Source of the DNA: Pirellulales bacterium
GTDB taxonomy: Bacteria > Planctomycetota > Planctomycetia > Pirellulales > UBA1268
NCBI GenBank assembly: GCA_040397545.1
Contig: JBBAVV010000025.1
Coordinates: forward strand, 366-64,365
DNA: 64,000 nucleotides
Direction of reading: 5' to 3'
Shown here: positions 8,506 through 17,853 of the stretch, piece after piece
Numbering within the stretch: the stretch's first letter is position 1
Layout: each line of letters opens with the position of its first letter
Made by a program: the position numbers and the translations under genes
Notes under the pieces: model-generated
Databases searched by the model: none
Seen by the model: the letters and a program-made list of their open reading frames with translations, nothing else
Told to the model about the DNA's origin: nothing

Positions 8506-8584
8506 TCAGGGCTCCCCGCGGCGCCAGATTGTCTTCCCCTCTTTGAATTGTCTCGAGAACGGCGATGTCGCCGATCGTGTCGGA
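8506..8584 (-). repeat. Orphan copy of the amidohydrolase gene 3' end, including a stop codon
   Basis: 8512-8584 equals 9382-9453 except for one 1-nt indel and one substitution. It still encodes SDTIGDIAVLETI / KEGKTIWRRGEP*, split by the indel. Confidence 0.9.
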
Positions 8585-8607
8585 AGAGATCTGAAATGCA
8601 CCAGCGG

Positions 8608-8796
8608 TCAGGGACTGGATGGAGCCGTTGATGATCTCGGTTGTGGTTTCCAGATCTCATGCCCCGAGGTGGCTTGCCGCTGCTTGGCGTCCTCGACGAT
8701 GGCCGCGAGGTCATGCCCGAACTTTTCCGCGATGCGTCGCCGAGTTCGGTGGATATCCTCGATGGTGGTGTCGCGATCAGACGGTGTCTGTGTCAT
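8608..8796 (-). CDS. Small antitoxin-like protein (62 aa), apparently intact
   Basis: MTQTPSDRDTTIEDIHRTRRRIAEKFGHDLAAIVEDAKQRQATSGHEIW.. resembles small proteins that commonly accompany PIN genes (recognised from memory only). Its start overlaps the PIN pseudogene 3' end. Confidence 0.55.
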   Translation of the reverse strand: MTQTPSDRDTTIEDIHRTRRRIAEKFGHDLAAIVEDAKQRQATSGHEIWKPQPRSSTAPSSP

Positions 8797-9261
8797 CAGT
8801 TAACAACTCCTCCGGTGTGCAGATGATCGGCCTCGGCAGCCGGCACGATCGAGGACATCGAACACCTTGGGAAGGATTCTCGCATTCGCGATATGCGTGC
8901 AGTTCCATGTCAGGAGGTAGTCTACCTAGTCATGGGCAACCATCGCGAGATGAAGGGCATCGACGCTTGCTGATCGCGGCAGGATTGCTCTCCGCAGGAT
9001 TTCCTCCGCAATCTCCAGGATCGGTTGATGGAGAGGTAGGATCGGGATTCCGTTGAGCAAATCGAGTCGTCGACGGGCAACAGCGGCATCACCGTCCGCA
9101 GCCTCATCGAGCACGTATTGCGAGGTCACGAGCTCGTACTGGTGTCGCTCGTTCGCCCACCACGTGTGCGTCAGGAGTTGGCGGGCGGCAGCAACGACCT
9201 GGCCGCTTGGCCGGCTCTGAAGGTAGCTGACGATCGACGTTTCAATGGAAAGAGTCGGCAT
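8778..9261 (-). pseudogene. PIN-domain (VapC-like) toxin gene with an in-frame TAG and a frameshift
   Basis: The ORF 8926..9261 ends ..DALHLAMVAHD at TAG 8926-8928. The same frame continues VDYLLTWNCTHIANARILPKVFDVLDRAGC. The conserved C-terminus PIICTPEELL is in another frame, with the shift near 8835-8850. Confidence 0.75.
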
Positions 9262-9375
9262 GCTTTCACTCGAGAGAATGGGATCTCCGAAATGATTTCA
9301 CAAAGGTATCATCGATCTGCCAGGCAGCGGCCGCAAGCTTGACGGGGCGCCGAAGCGTTCATCGCCGTGCTCGGC

Positions 9376-11145
9376 TCACTCCTCCCCGCGGCGCCAGATT
9401 GTCTTCCCCTCTTTGATCGTCTCGAGAACGGCGATGTCGCCGATCGTGTCGGAGGGGACCTCGAGAGGGTTCTTGTCCAGGATCACCAGGTCCGCGAGCT
9501 TGCCGGGCTCGAGGGTGCCCTTCGTCTTTTCTTCCTTGATCCCATACGCCGCCATCGCCGTCACGGCGCGGAGCGCGGCGTAGGGGGGGATGCGCTGATC
9601 CGGGCCGATGACCCGCCCCGACGGCGTCTTCCGATTCACGCCGCAACGCACGAGCTCGAGAATCCACGGCTCCGGGCTGACCGGTGCGTCGTGCGAGAAG
9701 GTGAAGGGGATCCCCTCCTCGAGCATCGTCCGCGCCGCCATCGAGTGCCCGGCCCGATCCTCCCCCCACAGCCGCACCACCGCGTCGCCCCCGGGAAGGA
9801 GACCGGAGGTGAGGAAGCTGGGAACAGCGCCATATTTTTTCAGCTTTTTGATCTGATCGTCGCGCAAGTACGACGCGTGGACGAACACCGGGCGATGGTC
9901 ATGCAGGCCATGCTTGGCCACCGCCTTCTCGATCGCCCCGAGTGCCTGATCGGCCGCGGCGTCGCCATTCATGTGCATGTGGATCTGGAAATCGGTCGGC
10001 CAGAAGCGATCGAAGGCCGCCTCGAGGACGTCGTCGGGGATCTGCCGATAGGCCCGGTATTCTCCCGTCTTCCCCGGCGGATTCGTGGCGTAGGGCTCGT
10101 TCATCCAGGCAGTGTCGAGGCTGCCGTCGAGCCAGAACTTCACCCCCGCCAGGCGGACCCGGTTGACGTAGCGCCGGTCGAGATCGGGGCGGGCCGCAAG
10201 GAGCCGCGTCGCCACGCTGCCGGTGCCGTCGGCGGCCTGGACCTCTTCCCCCACCCGGTAGGCCGCCGCCAGGGCGGCATCGACGGTCGAATCCTTCGCG
10301 GCGATGGAGAGATCGATGGGAAGGAGCTGCTCTTCGATTGCATGGAGGACGATGCCGATGTCGTCGCTCCCCAGGCCGAGCCCCGCCTCCATCGCAGTTG
10401 TCTGGCCGTAGCTGGCCCAGCGCTTCGCGGCGCCGGTGATCGCCGCGGCGGCCAGCGCCCCGGTGAACGGCGGCCGCTGGCTGCGCACCGCGTTCAGAGC
10501 CGTCTCTTCCATCGGCCCGAGGAGGGTCTTGCCATCGGGGCCGCGGGCGAAGAGGCCGCCGGCGGGATCGGGGGAATCGGCATCGATGCCCGCGACCTCG
10601 AAGAGCTTGGAGTTGCCGGCGCCGGCGTGGCCGGAGCTGTCGACGATCATCACCGGGATGTCGGTCGAGATCCGGTCGAGCTCCTCGCGCGACGGCGTCC
10701 GCTTTTCGGTCATCAACTTCGCCTGGTAGCCGAAGCCGACGATCCATCCCCCCGCCGGCACCTGGTCAGCGTGGGCCGTCATCCGGGCGACAAGCTCGGG
10801 GATGTCTTTCGAGCCGAACAGGTCGGCATCGACGAGGTTCTTGCCGAAATAGACCATGTGGCCGTGGGTGTCGATGAAGCCCGGGAGGAGCGTGTGGCCG
10901 GCGAGATCGACCTGCCGGGTCGTGGGGCCAGCGTGCCGGGCCATGTCGAGCTTTCGCCCGACGGCGAGGATCGTGCCATCCTTGACGGCGAGCGCCTCGG
11001 CATAGTCAGGCGTTGTGCCGCGCATCGTGAGGATCGGCCCGCCGGAGTAGATCGCATCGGCCGGTTGGGCACGGGCGGCCGGGGGAGGGGAGAGCAGGGG
11101 AAGGAGAAGAAGGGAAAGCAACAGGGCCGTGCGACCGCGGGGCAT
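9376..11145 (-). CDS. Secreted metal-dependent amidohydrolase (Amidohydro_3-like)
   Basis: 589-aa ORF. The signal peptide is MPRGRTALLLSLLLLPLLSPPPAARA. Motifs include GFIDTHGHM, HMHMNGD and a C-terminal ADLVILDKNPL. Confidence 0.85.
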   Translation of the reverse strand: MPRGRTALLLSLLLLPLLSPPPAARAQPADAIYSGGPILTMRGTTPDYAEALAVKDGTILAVGRKLDMARHAGPTTRQVDLAGHTLLPGFIDTHGHMVYFGKNLVDADLFGSKDIPELVARMTAHADQVPAGGWIVGFGYQAKLMTEKRTPSREELDRISTDIPVMIVDSSGHAGAGNSKLFEVAGIDADSPDPAGGLFARGPDGKTLLGPMEETALNAVRSQRPPFTGALAAAAITGAAKRWASYGQTTAMEAGLGLGSDDIGIVLHAIEEQLLPIDLSIAAKDSTVDAALAAAYRVGEEVQAADGTGSVATRLLAARPDLDRRYVNRVRLAGVKFWLDGSLDTAWMNEPYATNPPGKTGEYRAYRQIPDDVLEAAFDRFWPTDFQIHMHMNGDAAADQALGAIEKAVAKHGLHDHRPVFVHASYLRDDQIKKLKKYGAVPSFLTSGLLPGGDAVVRLWGEDRAGHSMAARTMLEEGIPFTFSHDAPVSPEPWILELVRCGVNRKTPSGRVIGPDQRIPPYAALRAVTAMAAYGIKEEKTKGTLEPGKLADLVILDKNPLEVPSDTIGDIAVLETIKEGKTIWRRGEE

Positions 11146-11341
11146 GGAGCGACTCCTCTTGGAGGGACGGGAAGCGGGAATCTACCGACCGCGCACCTTT
11201 GCTGCCAAGCCGCCGCTCGACGCAGCGCCAGGGGGCCGAATCCCTCCCACCGCTGGCCCCCCGGCCCCGCCACTGGTAGCCTGCCGGGGTGGGGGAGCGC
11301 TCTGTTTCCACCCCGCACGCACACCCCCCAGAGGATTTCCC

Positions 11342-11848
11342 ATGACGAGCGACTCCCACGACCGCCATGCCCCGACGACGACCGTCCACCCTGTCGGGAG
11401 CAACGGCGGAACGCCGGTCGACATCACCGGAAAGCTCGCGGTCGTGGCGGTCGATGCCGGCCACGCGCGGATCTATTGCGTCGACGACACCGCGGCGAGC
11501 GCCCCGGAGACGATTCATGCCCCCGATCCGTCGCACGTCAACCACAACATCTTCCACCGCCACGGCAATCCCAGCGGTGCCTTCGACGTCGATGGCCCGG
11601 AGACGACCGCCTACTTCAAGGCGGTTGCCCACGCCCTCGCCCCCGCCCGCGGCGTCTTGCTCGTGGGGCATGGCAAGGGGAAGTCGAACTTCAGTCACCA
11701 GTTCGAGAGCTTCCTCGAGAAGCACCACCGCGACGTGGCCGCGAAGATCGTCGCCAATGTCCGGGCCGACATCGACGACCTCACCGACCGGCAGCTCCTC
11801 CGGCTCGGCGAGCACCACTTCCACATCGACGTCCCGCGCCGCGCCTGA
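11342..11848 (+). CDS. Hypothetical protein; resembles the small host-attachment / 'translational machinery protein' family
   Basis: Start moved to ATG 11342 (MTSDSHD). Recognisable strings are LAVVAVDAGHARIY and LLVGHGKGKSN. The functional assignment is weak. Confidence 0.6.
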   Translation: MTSDSHDRHAPTTTVHPVGSNGGTPVDITGKLAVVAVDAGHARIYCVDDTAASAPETIHAPDPSHVNHNIFHRHGNPSGAFDVDGPETTAYFKAVAHALAPARGVLLVGHGKGKSNFSHQFESFLEKHHRDVAAKIVANVRADIDDLTDRQLLRLGEHHFHIDVPRRA

Positions 11849-11914
11849 TCGGCGGCGGGGGCTTGGCTGGTACGTCGGGGCCGGTGGCGGTTCGTGACCG
11901 CGAGGCGGGGTCCA

Positions 11915-12928
11915 CTACCGCTTGGCGGTGTTGTCAGCCGGGGCGGCCTGGGGATGGCCGGAGAGGAGCTTGTGGAGCGTCTCGGTGGAGACGCAGTCTT
12001 TGAAAACGATCGTCTCGCCGGCGAGCGGCCGGCGGCGGCTCGAATTGTCCGGCTTCGTTTGCGAGCTCGTCACCGTCCGCGACACCATCCCCACCACCTC
12101 GCCGGCGGGATTGAACACCGGGCCGCCACTGGAGCCGATCGTATAGTCGGCGGTGATGCTCATCCACACCGGCTTGACCCCGGACGTGGCCCGGCCCTGT
12201 GCGGTGGCGATGGCCTTGTCATCGACGGCCGGGATCGCGTCGCCCGTCGCCTTCTGCTGGCGATGAAACCGCGACACGACCCCTTCGGTGAGGCACCAGT
12301 AGCGCCCCACCGGATGGCTGACGACACTCACCGCCGTGCCGCAATCCGGCGACGACCCGAGCGCGAGGAAGGGGAGCTTGCGACCGCGGGTGTCGATCCG
12401 CACCACGACCGCATCGCCGACCGGATCGGCCGCGACGACCGCGGTGATCGCGTAGACCTCGCCGTCGGCCGTCATCACCCCCATGCGGTGGCCAGCGTCA
12501 CGCTGGATGACATGGTGGTTGGTGACGACGAGGCCGTCGGGGGAGACGATCCAACCGCTCCCCGAGCCCCCCAGGTGCCAGTCGCTGCAGCGCTCGCACT
12601 TGTAGACGCTCGAGACGGCCACGACCGCCGGCACCACCGCGTCGTAGAGGGGCTTCGCTTCGCCCAGGTGGCAGGGGGTCGAGGCGAGCGGGAGCGAGAC
12701 GCCGCGGCCGACCGTCGCCAGCACTTCCTCCTCGGCGCGAGCGCCGGTGAGGATCGTGTCGGCGGAGGCCAGCGCCGCCAGGCCGTGGAGGAAGGTGTGG
12801 GTGAGGTGCTCGTCGTCGAACACCGGGCTGGCGATCGCCGGCCGGGGGAGCTGGAATTCCCCCAACGGCGAGAGGAGGAGCACCGCGAGGACACCCGACA
12901 GGGACCGCGAGGACAACCTGACCTGCAT
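11915..12928 (-). CDS. Secreted trypsin-like serine protease (S1 family, Trypsin_2-like)
   Basis: Start is at ATG 12928 (MQVRLSSRSLSGVLAVLLLSP signal). Motifs include VVTNHHV, DAVVVRI and GSSGGPVF. The gene ends with TAG at 11915-11917. Confidence 0.8.
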   Translation of the reverse strand: MQVRLSSRSLSGVLAVLLLSPLGEFQLPRPAIASPVFDDEHLTHTFLHGLAALASADTILTGARAEEEVLATVGRGVSLPLASTPCHLGEAKPLYDAVVPAVVAVSSVYKCERCSDWHLGGSGSGWIVSPDGLVVTNHHVIQRDAGHRMGVMTADGEVYAITAVVAADPVGDAVVVRIDTRGRKLPFLALGSSPDCGTAVSVVSHPVGRYWCLTEGVVSRFHRQQKATGDAIPAVDDKAIATAQGRATSGVKPVWMSITADYTIGSSGGPVFNPAGEVVGMVSRTVTSSQTKPDNSSRRRPLAGETIVFKDCVSTETLHKLLSGHPQAAPADNTAKR

Positions 12929-13220
12929 GCCGCACCTCCACGCCTGCTTGAACACCGGACGGGACACACCGCACCCAACGTCCAGTCTACGCCAGTCGCG
13001 GCTGGTATGGGCTACCCGGGCGCCTGCAAGGCGTCGCCAAATCCTCCGAAAGCGTTGCCAACGAACCGGCTGGCGACGATTCTGACGACTGGGAGAAGTC
13101 GAGCGGCCGGATGGCTGTTGGAGCGGCCGCCCGCGTGCGGGGAGCGCCCGATCGGTATGATCTCGGCTTCGGCCCGGGGCGACAAGCTCTCGGTGTGGCC
13201 TGCGGGGCTGGCCCGGTGGG

Positions 13221-13246
13221 CTGGCCCAATGAGCTGGCCCAATGAG
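13221..13246 (+). repeat. 13-nt tandem duplication just upstream of the ceramidase-like gene
   Basis: ctggcccaatgag occurs at 13221-13233 and 13234-13246. The second copy supplies the ATG at 13242. Confidence 0.95.
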
Positions 13247-13259
13247 AAAGGGGGAAGCG

Positions 13260-14690
13260 ATGAGGTTCGATCGGCGGACGGGATTGGGGATCGCGGGATG
13301 GTTGGTGGTGGGGCTGTTGGCCACCGGCCATCGCGCCTGCCCCGCGGCCGAGACACTCCGCGTCGGCAGCGCGGCGATCGAGATCCCGGCCGACGACACG
13401 ATGGACATGGCCGGGGGGATCCATCCCTGGAAGGCCCAGGGAGCCGAGGCGCCGCTGCGAGCCACCGCGATCGTCCTTGCCCGCGGCGATGAAAAGCTCG
13501 CCATCTGCTCCTGCGATGTCCTCTTCGTGCAGAAGGATTTCGTCGATCCGGCGCTTGCGAAGATCGAGGCGGCGACGGGCATCCCGCCAGAGCGCGTCCT
13601 CGTCCATGCCACACACACCCACTCCGCCCCGTCGGCGACGCGCGTCCATGGCTACCGGCGCGATCCCCGGTTCGTGGAGGGGCTCGCCACGTCGATCGCC
13701 GATGCGGTGATCTCGGCCCACGCCGCGCTCGCGGCCCACCCCGACTGTCGGCTCCGTTACCGGCTCGGCGAGGAGTCGAGCGTCGGCCAGAACAGCCGGA
13801 TCCTGCTCGGGGACGGCACGATCTTCTGGATCGGCAACCGCGACGACGCCGTCCGCCCCACCGGCCCCTTCGATCCCGAGCTGCCGGTGATGGCTTTCGA
13901 AACGGCCGACGGGAAGCCGGTGGCGACGCTCTTCAACCATTCAACCCACTGCATCGGATCCCGCGAAGGGGGAAAACGATCCCCGGCGTTCTATGGACTC
14001 GCCGCGCAGGAGCTCGAGGCGGAGCAGGGGGGGCACCATGTTTTCCTCCAGGGAGCCTCCGGCTCGACGCACAACCTCACCGTCCCCCCAGGGGAAATGG
14101 TGATCCGGATCAAGGAGGCGGTGAACCGGGCCCGGATCACAGCCACGCCGCGCCCGGTTCATCGGCTCGATGCCATCAAGGAGCCGTTCGAGTTTCGCGT
14201 CCGCGTCTTCGACGAATCGGCCGAAGAGGAGGCGGTGAAGGGCTACTGCAGCAAGCGGGTGGGGAGCGAGGAGGCGGCCGAGGGGATCGCGCTGGTCTTC
14301 CGCACGCAGCGGGCCGAGATCGCGCCGCACCAGGGGGAGACTCGCACGACGTCGATCCAGACGCTCGCCATCGGCGATGTGGCGATCGTGGGTGTGCCGG
14401 CGGAGTTTTTCACCGTGCTCGGTCAGGAGATCAAGCGGCAGAGCCCCTTCCGCCACACCTTCATCGCGGAGCTCTCCAATGACTGGGTCGGCTACATCCC
14501 CGATTCGAGGGGGCACGAGCTCGGCGGCTACCAGACCTGGACCGGCCACCACAGCTACGGCGAGCCGGGCACCGGCGAAAGGATGGTGGCGACGGCCGTG
14601 AACCAGCTCGAGCGGCTCCATGAGGAGCTTCGGGGAGAGGGGCGCAAAAAGGCGCCAGAGCAGGGGAACGGAGGAGGATCGGCGCGATGA
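13260..14690 (+). CDS. Secreted hydrolase resembling the neutral/alkaline ceramidase N-terminal domain family
   Basis: The ORF opens at 13242, but AAGGGGGAAG (13248-13257) is positioned as the RBS for ATG 13260 (MRFDRR). A signal/TM segment and an HATHTHSAP-type motif are present. The stop overlaps the next gene's start (ATGA at 14687-14690). Confidence 0.7.
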   Translation: MRFDRRTGLGIAGWLVVGLLATGHRACPAAETLRVGSAAIEIPADDTMDMAGGIHPWKAQGAEAPLRATAIVLARGDEKLAICSCDVLFVQKDFVDPALAKIEAATGIPPERVLVHATHTHSAPSATRVHGYRRDPRFVEGLATSIADAVISAHAALAAHPDCRLRYRLGEESSVGQNSRILLGDGTIFWIGNRDDAVRPTGPFDPELPVMAFETADGKPVATLFNHSTHCIGSREGGKRSPAFYGLAAQELEAEQGGHHVFLQGASGSTHNLTVPPGEMVIRIKEAVNRARITATPRPVHRLDAIKEPFEFRVRVFDESAEEEAVKGYCSKRVGSEEAAEGIALVFRTQRAEIAPHQGETRTTSIQTLAIGDVAIVGVPAEFFTVLGQEIKRQSPFRHTFIAELSNDWVGYIPDSRGHELGGYQTWTGHHSYGEPGTGERMVATAVNQLERLHEELRGEGRKKAPEQGNGGGSAR

Positions 14691-17332
14691 ACATGGCACG
14701 ATTGTTTCTGGCACTCGGGCTGGTAGCGGCGATCGTTCTGTGGGGATCCCCCGGCGCCGCCGCAGCGCCGGGGGCGCTTTCCCCGACCGATTCGCAGGCC
14801 TGCTTCGAGGTGGTGCCGGGGCATGTGGTGGAGCTCGTGGCGGCCGAGCCGCTCGTCTTCGATCCGGTGGCGATCTGCTGGGATGACGACGGCCGGCTGT
14901 TCGTCGCCGAGATGAGCGACTATCCCAACGGCGACGGCGGCGGACGGATCGTCATGCTCACCGACGCCGACGGCGACGGGACGATCGACACCCGGACAAT
15001 CTTCGCCGCGGGGCTCCCGTTCCCCAACGGTCTCCTGGCGTGGAATGGCGGGCTGCTCGTCACCGCTGCCCCCGACATTCTCCACCTTGTCGACCGCGAC
15101 GGCGACGGCGCGGCCGAGACCAGCGAGGTGATCCTCACCGGGTTTCAGGCCGGCAACCAACAGCTCCGCGTCAATGGCCTCTGCTCCGGCCCCGACGGCT
15201 GGGTGTATGCCGCCAACGGCCGCAGTGGCGGCTCGATCACGTCGCCACGGCGCCCCGACGCGCCGGCTGTCTCGATCGATCGCCACGATCTCCGCTTCCG
15301 CCCCGACACCGGTGAAGTCGAGGCGGTGGCAGGGTTTTCTCAATTCGGCCTCGCCTTCGATGCCCACGGCAACCGCTTCAGCAATTGGAACACGGCGCCG
15401 ATCCGCCAGGTCGTCTTCCCGCTCGACGTCGCCGGCCGCCATCCCCTCTCGGCGCCGCCGAGCGACATGGAGGTCCTCGAGGATCCGCTGCAACAGAACC
15501 GACTCTTCCCCATCAGCGCCACGCCGACGACCTTCAACCGCGAGCCGACCGACGCCTTCAACGCCAGCAGCGGGCTTTCGATCGACCGGGGATCGCGTCT
15601 CCTCCCCGCGGGATGCGCCTATGTCTGCGAGCCGCTGCTGAACCTCGTCCATCGTCGGGAGCTCGTTCCCGTCGGCGTGGCCTTCGAGGCCCGGCGCCCC
15701 GCCGGCGAGGAGACACGCGAGTTTCTTGCCTCGCGCGATCCCTGGTTCCGGCCGGTGTTCACGGTGACCGGCCCCGACGGGGCGCTGTGGATCTGTGACT
15801 TCTACCGAGCTTGGGTCGAGCATCCCGACTTCGTCCGGGCCGAGCTCCGTGACGGCGTCGAATGGGACGAGGGAAAAGACCGGGGGCGGATCTGGCGGGT
15901 GCGCCCGGAGCATGACTCCCCGCGCCGCCGCGAGGACATCGCCAGGCAGCAGCGGGCTTTGTCGCGCGTGGACGCGCACCGCCGTCTCGACACCGCCGGG
16001 GAGGGGCTGCGCGACGTGGCGCTCTGTCTGGCCGCCGATCCCGATCCGGCCATCCGCTTCGACGTGGCGCTGGCGGTGGAGTCGCTCGATCCGGTTGAGC
16101 GGGGGGCGATCCTCGCTCAGGTCGTTGCCACCGCACCGGCCGATCCGTGGGTCGATCGGGGCGTGATCTGTGTGGCCGAGGAGGGAGCGGCCGGCGTTGT
16201 GGCGTGTCTCGCGGCCGCTGACCAGCGCGCCCGGACACGGCCGGGCATCCTCCGCGGTCTGGCCGAGGCCTGCGGTCGGAGCGATGCCGGGCGCGATTCG
16301 TGGCCACTTTCGCAGGTCGTGGCGACGAGCGACCTCGATCGGGCCGGGCAACTCGCCCTGGTTGCCGGCTGGGTGGAGGGGAGGAAGTCGGCCGGTCTAT
16401 CCGACGCGCCTGCCCACTTCGGTGGTCAACCGTTCGATGCCTGGCTCGCCTTCGCGCGGGACTTCGTCGCCGGCGACGGCGAAGATGAACGCGGGGATGC
16501 CATCGCGCTGCTCCGCCTTGATCCCTCCGCCGAAGCAACGGTGATCCTCCTCGGGCGGCTGGCGCAGCCGATCGGAGTCGAAGAGGCGATGCTCCTCCTC
16601 CGCGGTCTGCGGGGGCGCGATCCGGTCGGTGTGGCCGAGGGCATCCTCGCCGCCTGGCCCGCCGCGAGCCCCGCGGTGCGCCGGTCGATGCTCGAGGCCC
16701 TCTCCGCCCCGTCGCTCGCCCCGGCCGGACTTCCGCGCCTTGCGGCGGCGCTGGAACGTGGCGAGGTCGGCCCCGGCGATATCGATCCCGAGGCCCGACG
16801 CTCGATCCTCACCGGCGACACGACTCCCGAGGAGGTCCGCGCCCGGCTCGGGGCGCTCCTCGGGGGCGTCGCCAGCGCCGACCGGATGGGAGTGGTCGCG
16901 GCGGTCGAAGCGGGGCTTCCTCCGAACGGTGATGGCGACCGCGGTCGGGGGCTGTTCGTCAGGCATTGTCGCGGTTGCCACCGGTCGGGGGAAGTCGGCA
17001 CCCGGGTCGGGCCCGATCTGGCCGGGATGCAGAGCAAGTCGCGTGGCCAACTGCTCGAGGACATCCTTGACCCCAACCGACGTCTGACGGGCGAATACGC
17101 CGCGGTGGCGGTGGTGACGAAAGATGGCGTGGCGGTCACGGGGCTCGTCAGCGGCGAGACACCCTCGGCGGTTCAGCTGACGCTCGCCGAGGGGAAGATG
17201 GAGACGATTCCCCGCGGGGCGATCGAAGCCTTCCGGGGAACGGGGAAGTCGCTCATGCCCGAGGGCTTCGAGCAGGCCCTTGATCCGCGCGACTTCGCCG
17301 ATCTGATCGAGTTCCTGCGCCGCGGCCCGTGA
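14687..17332 (+). CDS. PVC-type heme-binding protein (membrane-bound-dehydrogenase-like N-domain, HEAT-like middle, C-terminal cytochrome c domain)
   Basis: 881-aa ORF with a signal peptide. The N-terminus is FEVVPGHVVELVAAEPLVFDPVAICWDDDGRLFVAEM. The C-terminal region has CRGCH followed by ..SLMPEGF... Confidence 0.85.
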   Translation: MNMARLFLALGLVAAIVLWGSPGAAAAPGALSPTDSQACFEVVPGHVVELVAAEPLVFDPVAICWDDDGRLFVAEMSDYPNGDGGGRIVMLTDADGDGTIDTRTIFAAGLPFPNGLLAWNGGLLVTAAPDILHLVDRDGDGAAETSEVILTGFQAGNQQLRVNGLCSGPDGWVYAANGRSGGSITSPRRPDAPAVSIDRHDLRFRPDTGEVEAVAGFSQFGLAFDAHGNRFSNWNTAPIRQVVFPLDVAGRHPLSAPPSDMEVLEDPLQQNRLFPISATPTTFNREPTDAFNASSGLSIDRGSRLLPAGCAYVCEPLLNLVHRRELVPVGVAFEARRPAGEETREFLASRDPWFRPVFTVTGPDGALWICDFYRAWVEHPDFVRAELRDGVEWDEGKDRGRIWRVRPEHDSPRRREDIARQQRALSRVDAHRRLDTAGEGLRDVALCLAADPDPAIRFDVALAVESLDPVERGAILAQVVATAPADPWVDRGVICVAEEGAAGVVACLAAADQRARTRPGILRGLAEACGRSDAGRDSWPLSQVVATSDLDRAGQLALVAGWVEGRKSAGLSDAPAHFGGQPFDAWLAFARDFVAGDGEDERGDAIALLRLDPSAEATVILLGRLAQPIGVEEAMLLLRGLRGRDPVGVAEGILAAWPAASPAVRRSMLEALSAPSLAPAGLPRLAAALERGEVGPGDIDPEARRSILTGDTTPEEVRARLGALLGGVASADRMGVVAAVEAGLPPNGDGDRGRGLFVRHCRGCHRSGEVGTRVGPDLAGMQSKSRGQLLEDILDPNRRLTGEYAAVAVVTKDGVAVTGLVSGETPSAVQLTLAEGKMETIPRGAIEAFRGTGKSLMPEGFEQALDPRDFADLIEFLRRGP

Positions 17333-17337
17333 GTTCG

Positions 17338-17372
17338 CGGCCCCCGGTCGGAGCCCCTCGATACGGGGGCCG
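17338..17372. terminator. Hairpin between convergent genes (possible bidirectional terminator)
   Basis: A 9-bp GC stem joins cggcccccg (17338-17346) and cgggggccg (17364-17372). There is no clear U-tract. Confidence 0.35.
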
Positions 17373-17390
17373 TTGCGGAGATTCGTGGCG

Positions 17391-17609
17391 TCAGTCGAGA
17401 CCGAGCCGGCGCCGCAGTTCGGCGATCTGAAGCGCTTCGCTGGTCTCCAGCGCTTCCCGCTCCTCCGCGGTCTTCGGGGCGGCGGTGGCGGTCTCGTCCT
17501 CCGCCGCGGCGGCGATCCGGGCGAGGTAGTCGTCCCAGCTCGCCTTCGGGTCGAGCCGGGAGAGGATCTCGACGCAGGATCGGGGCTTGCGCGGGGGGAG
17601 CGGGGGCAT
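17391..17609 (-). CDS. Small hypothetical protein (72 aa)
   Basis: ORF from ATG 17609 (MPPLPPRKPRS..AELRRRLGLD). It occupies an otherwise empty gap, and I recognise no family. Confidence 0.4.
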   Translation of the reverse strand: MPPLPPRKPRSCVEILSRLDPKASWDDYLARIAAAAEDETATAAPKTAEEREALETSEALQIAELRRRLGLD

Positions 17610-17853
17610 CGGGCAACTCGTCGGCGGGCGTGGGGGCGGGGCGATTGTATGGTCGGGGCTGATCGCAAACCTCATCTTATCCGGCGGGGCGTGTCCCGGC
17701 CCCGGGGCGAGGTTGTTGGCGCCGACATCCGGGATGGGTTGTTCTATAAACGGGTCCCCAGAGGCACGTCAGATCACGCGTGAATGTCCTTCCCCCTCCT
17801 CCTTCCCCATTCCCTCCACCGCCTTTGAGCGGCCGGCAAGCGAGAGGCCTTTC

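Noticed and set aside
4986-8928. Two conserved genes each carry an in-frame TAG (4986-4988 and 8926-8928). This raised the idea of amber suppression or stop-codon reassignment.
   Set aside because: TAG clearly ends intact genes here: the serine protease at 11915-11917, the ABC permease at 46324-46326 and the oxidase at 48639-48641. The PIN gene also has a frameshift. Ordinary pseudogenisation is the simpler reading.
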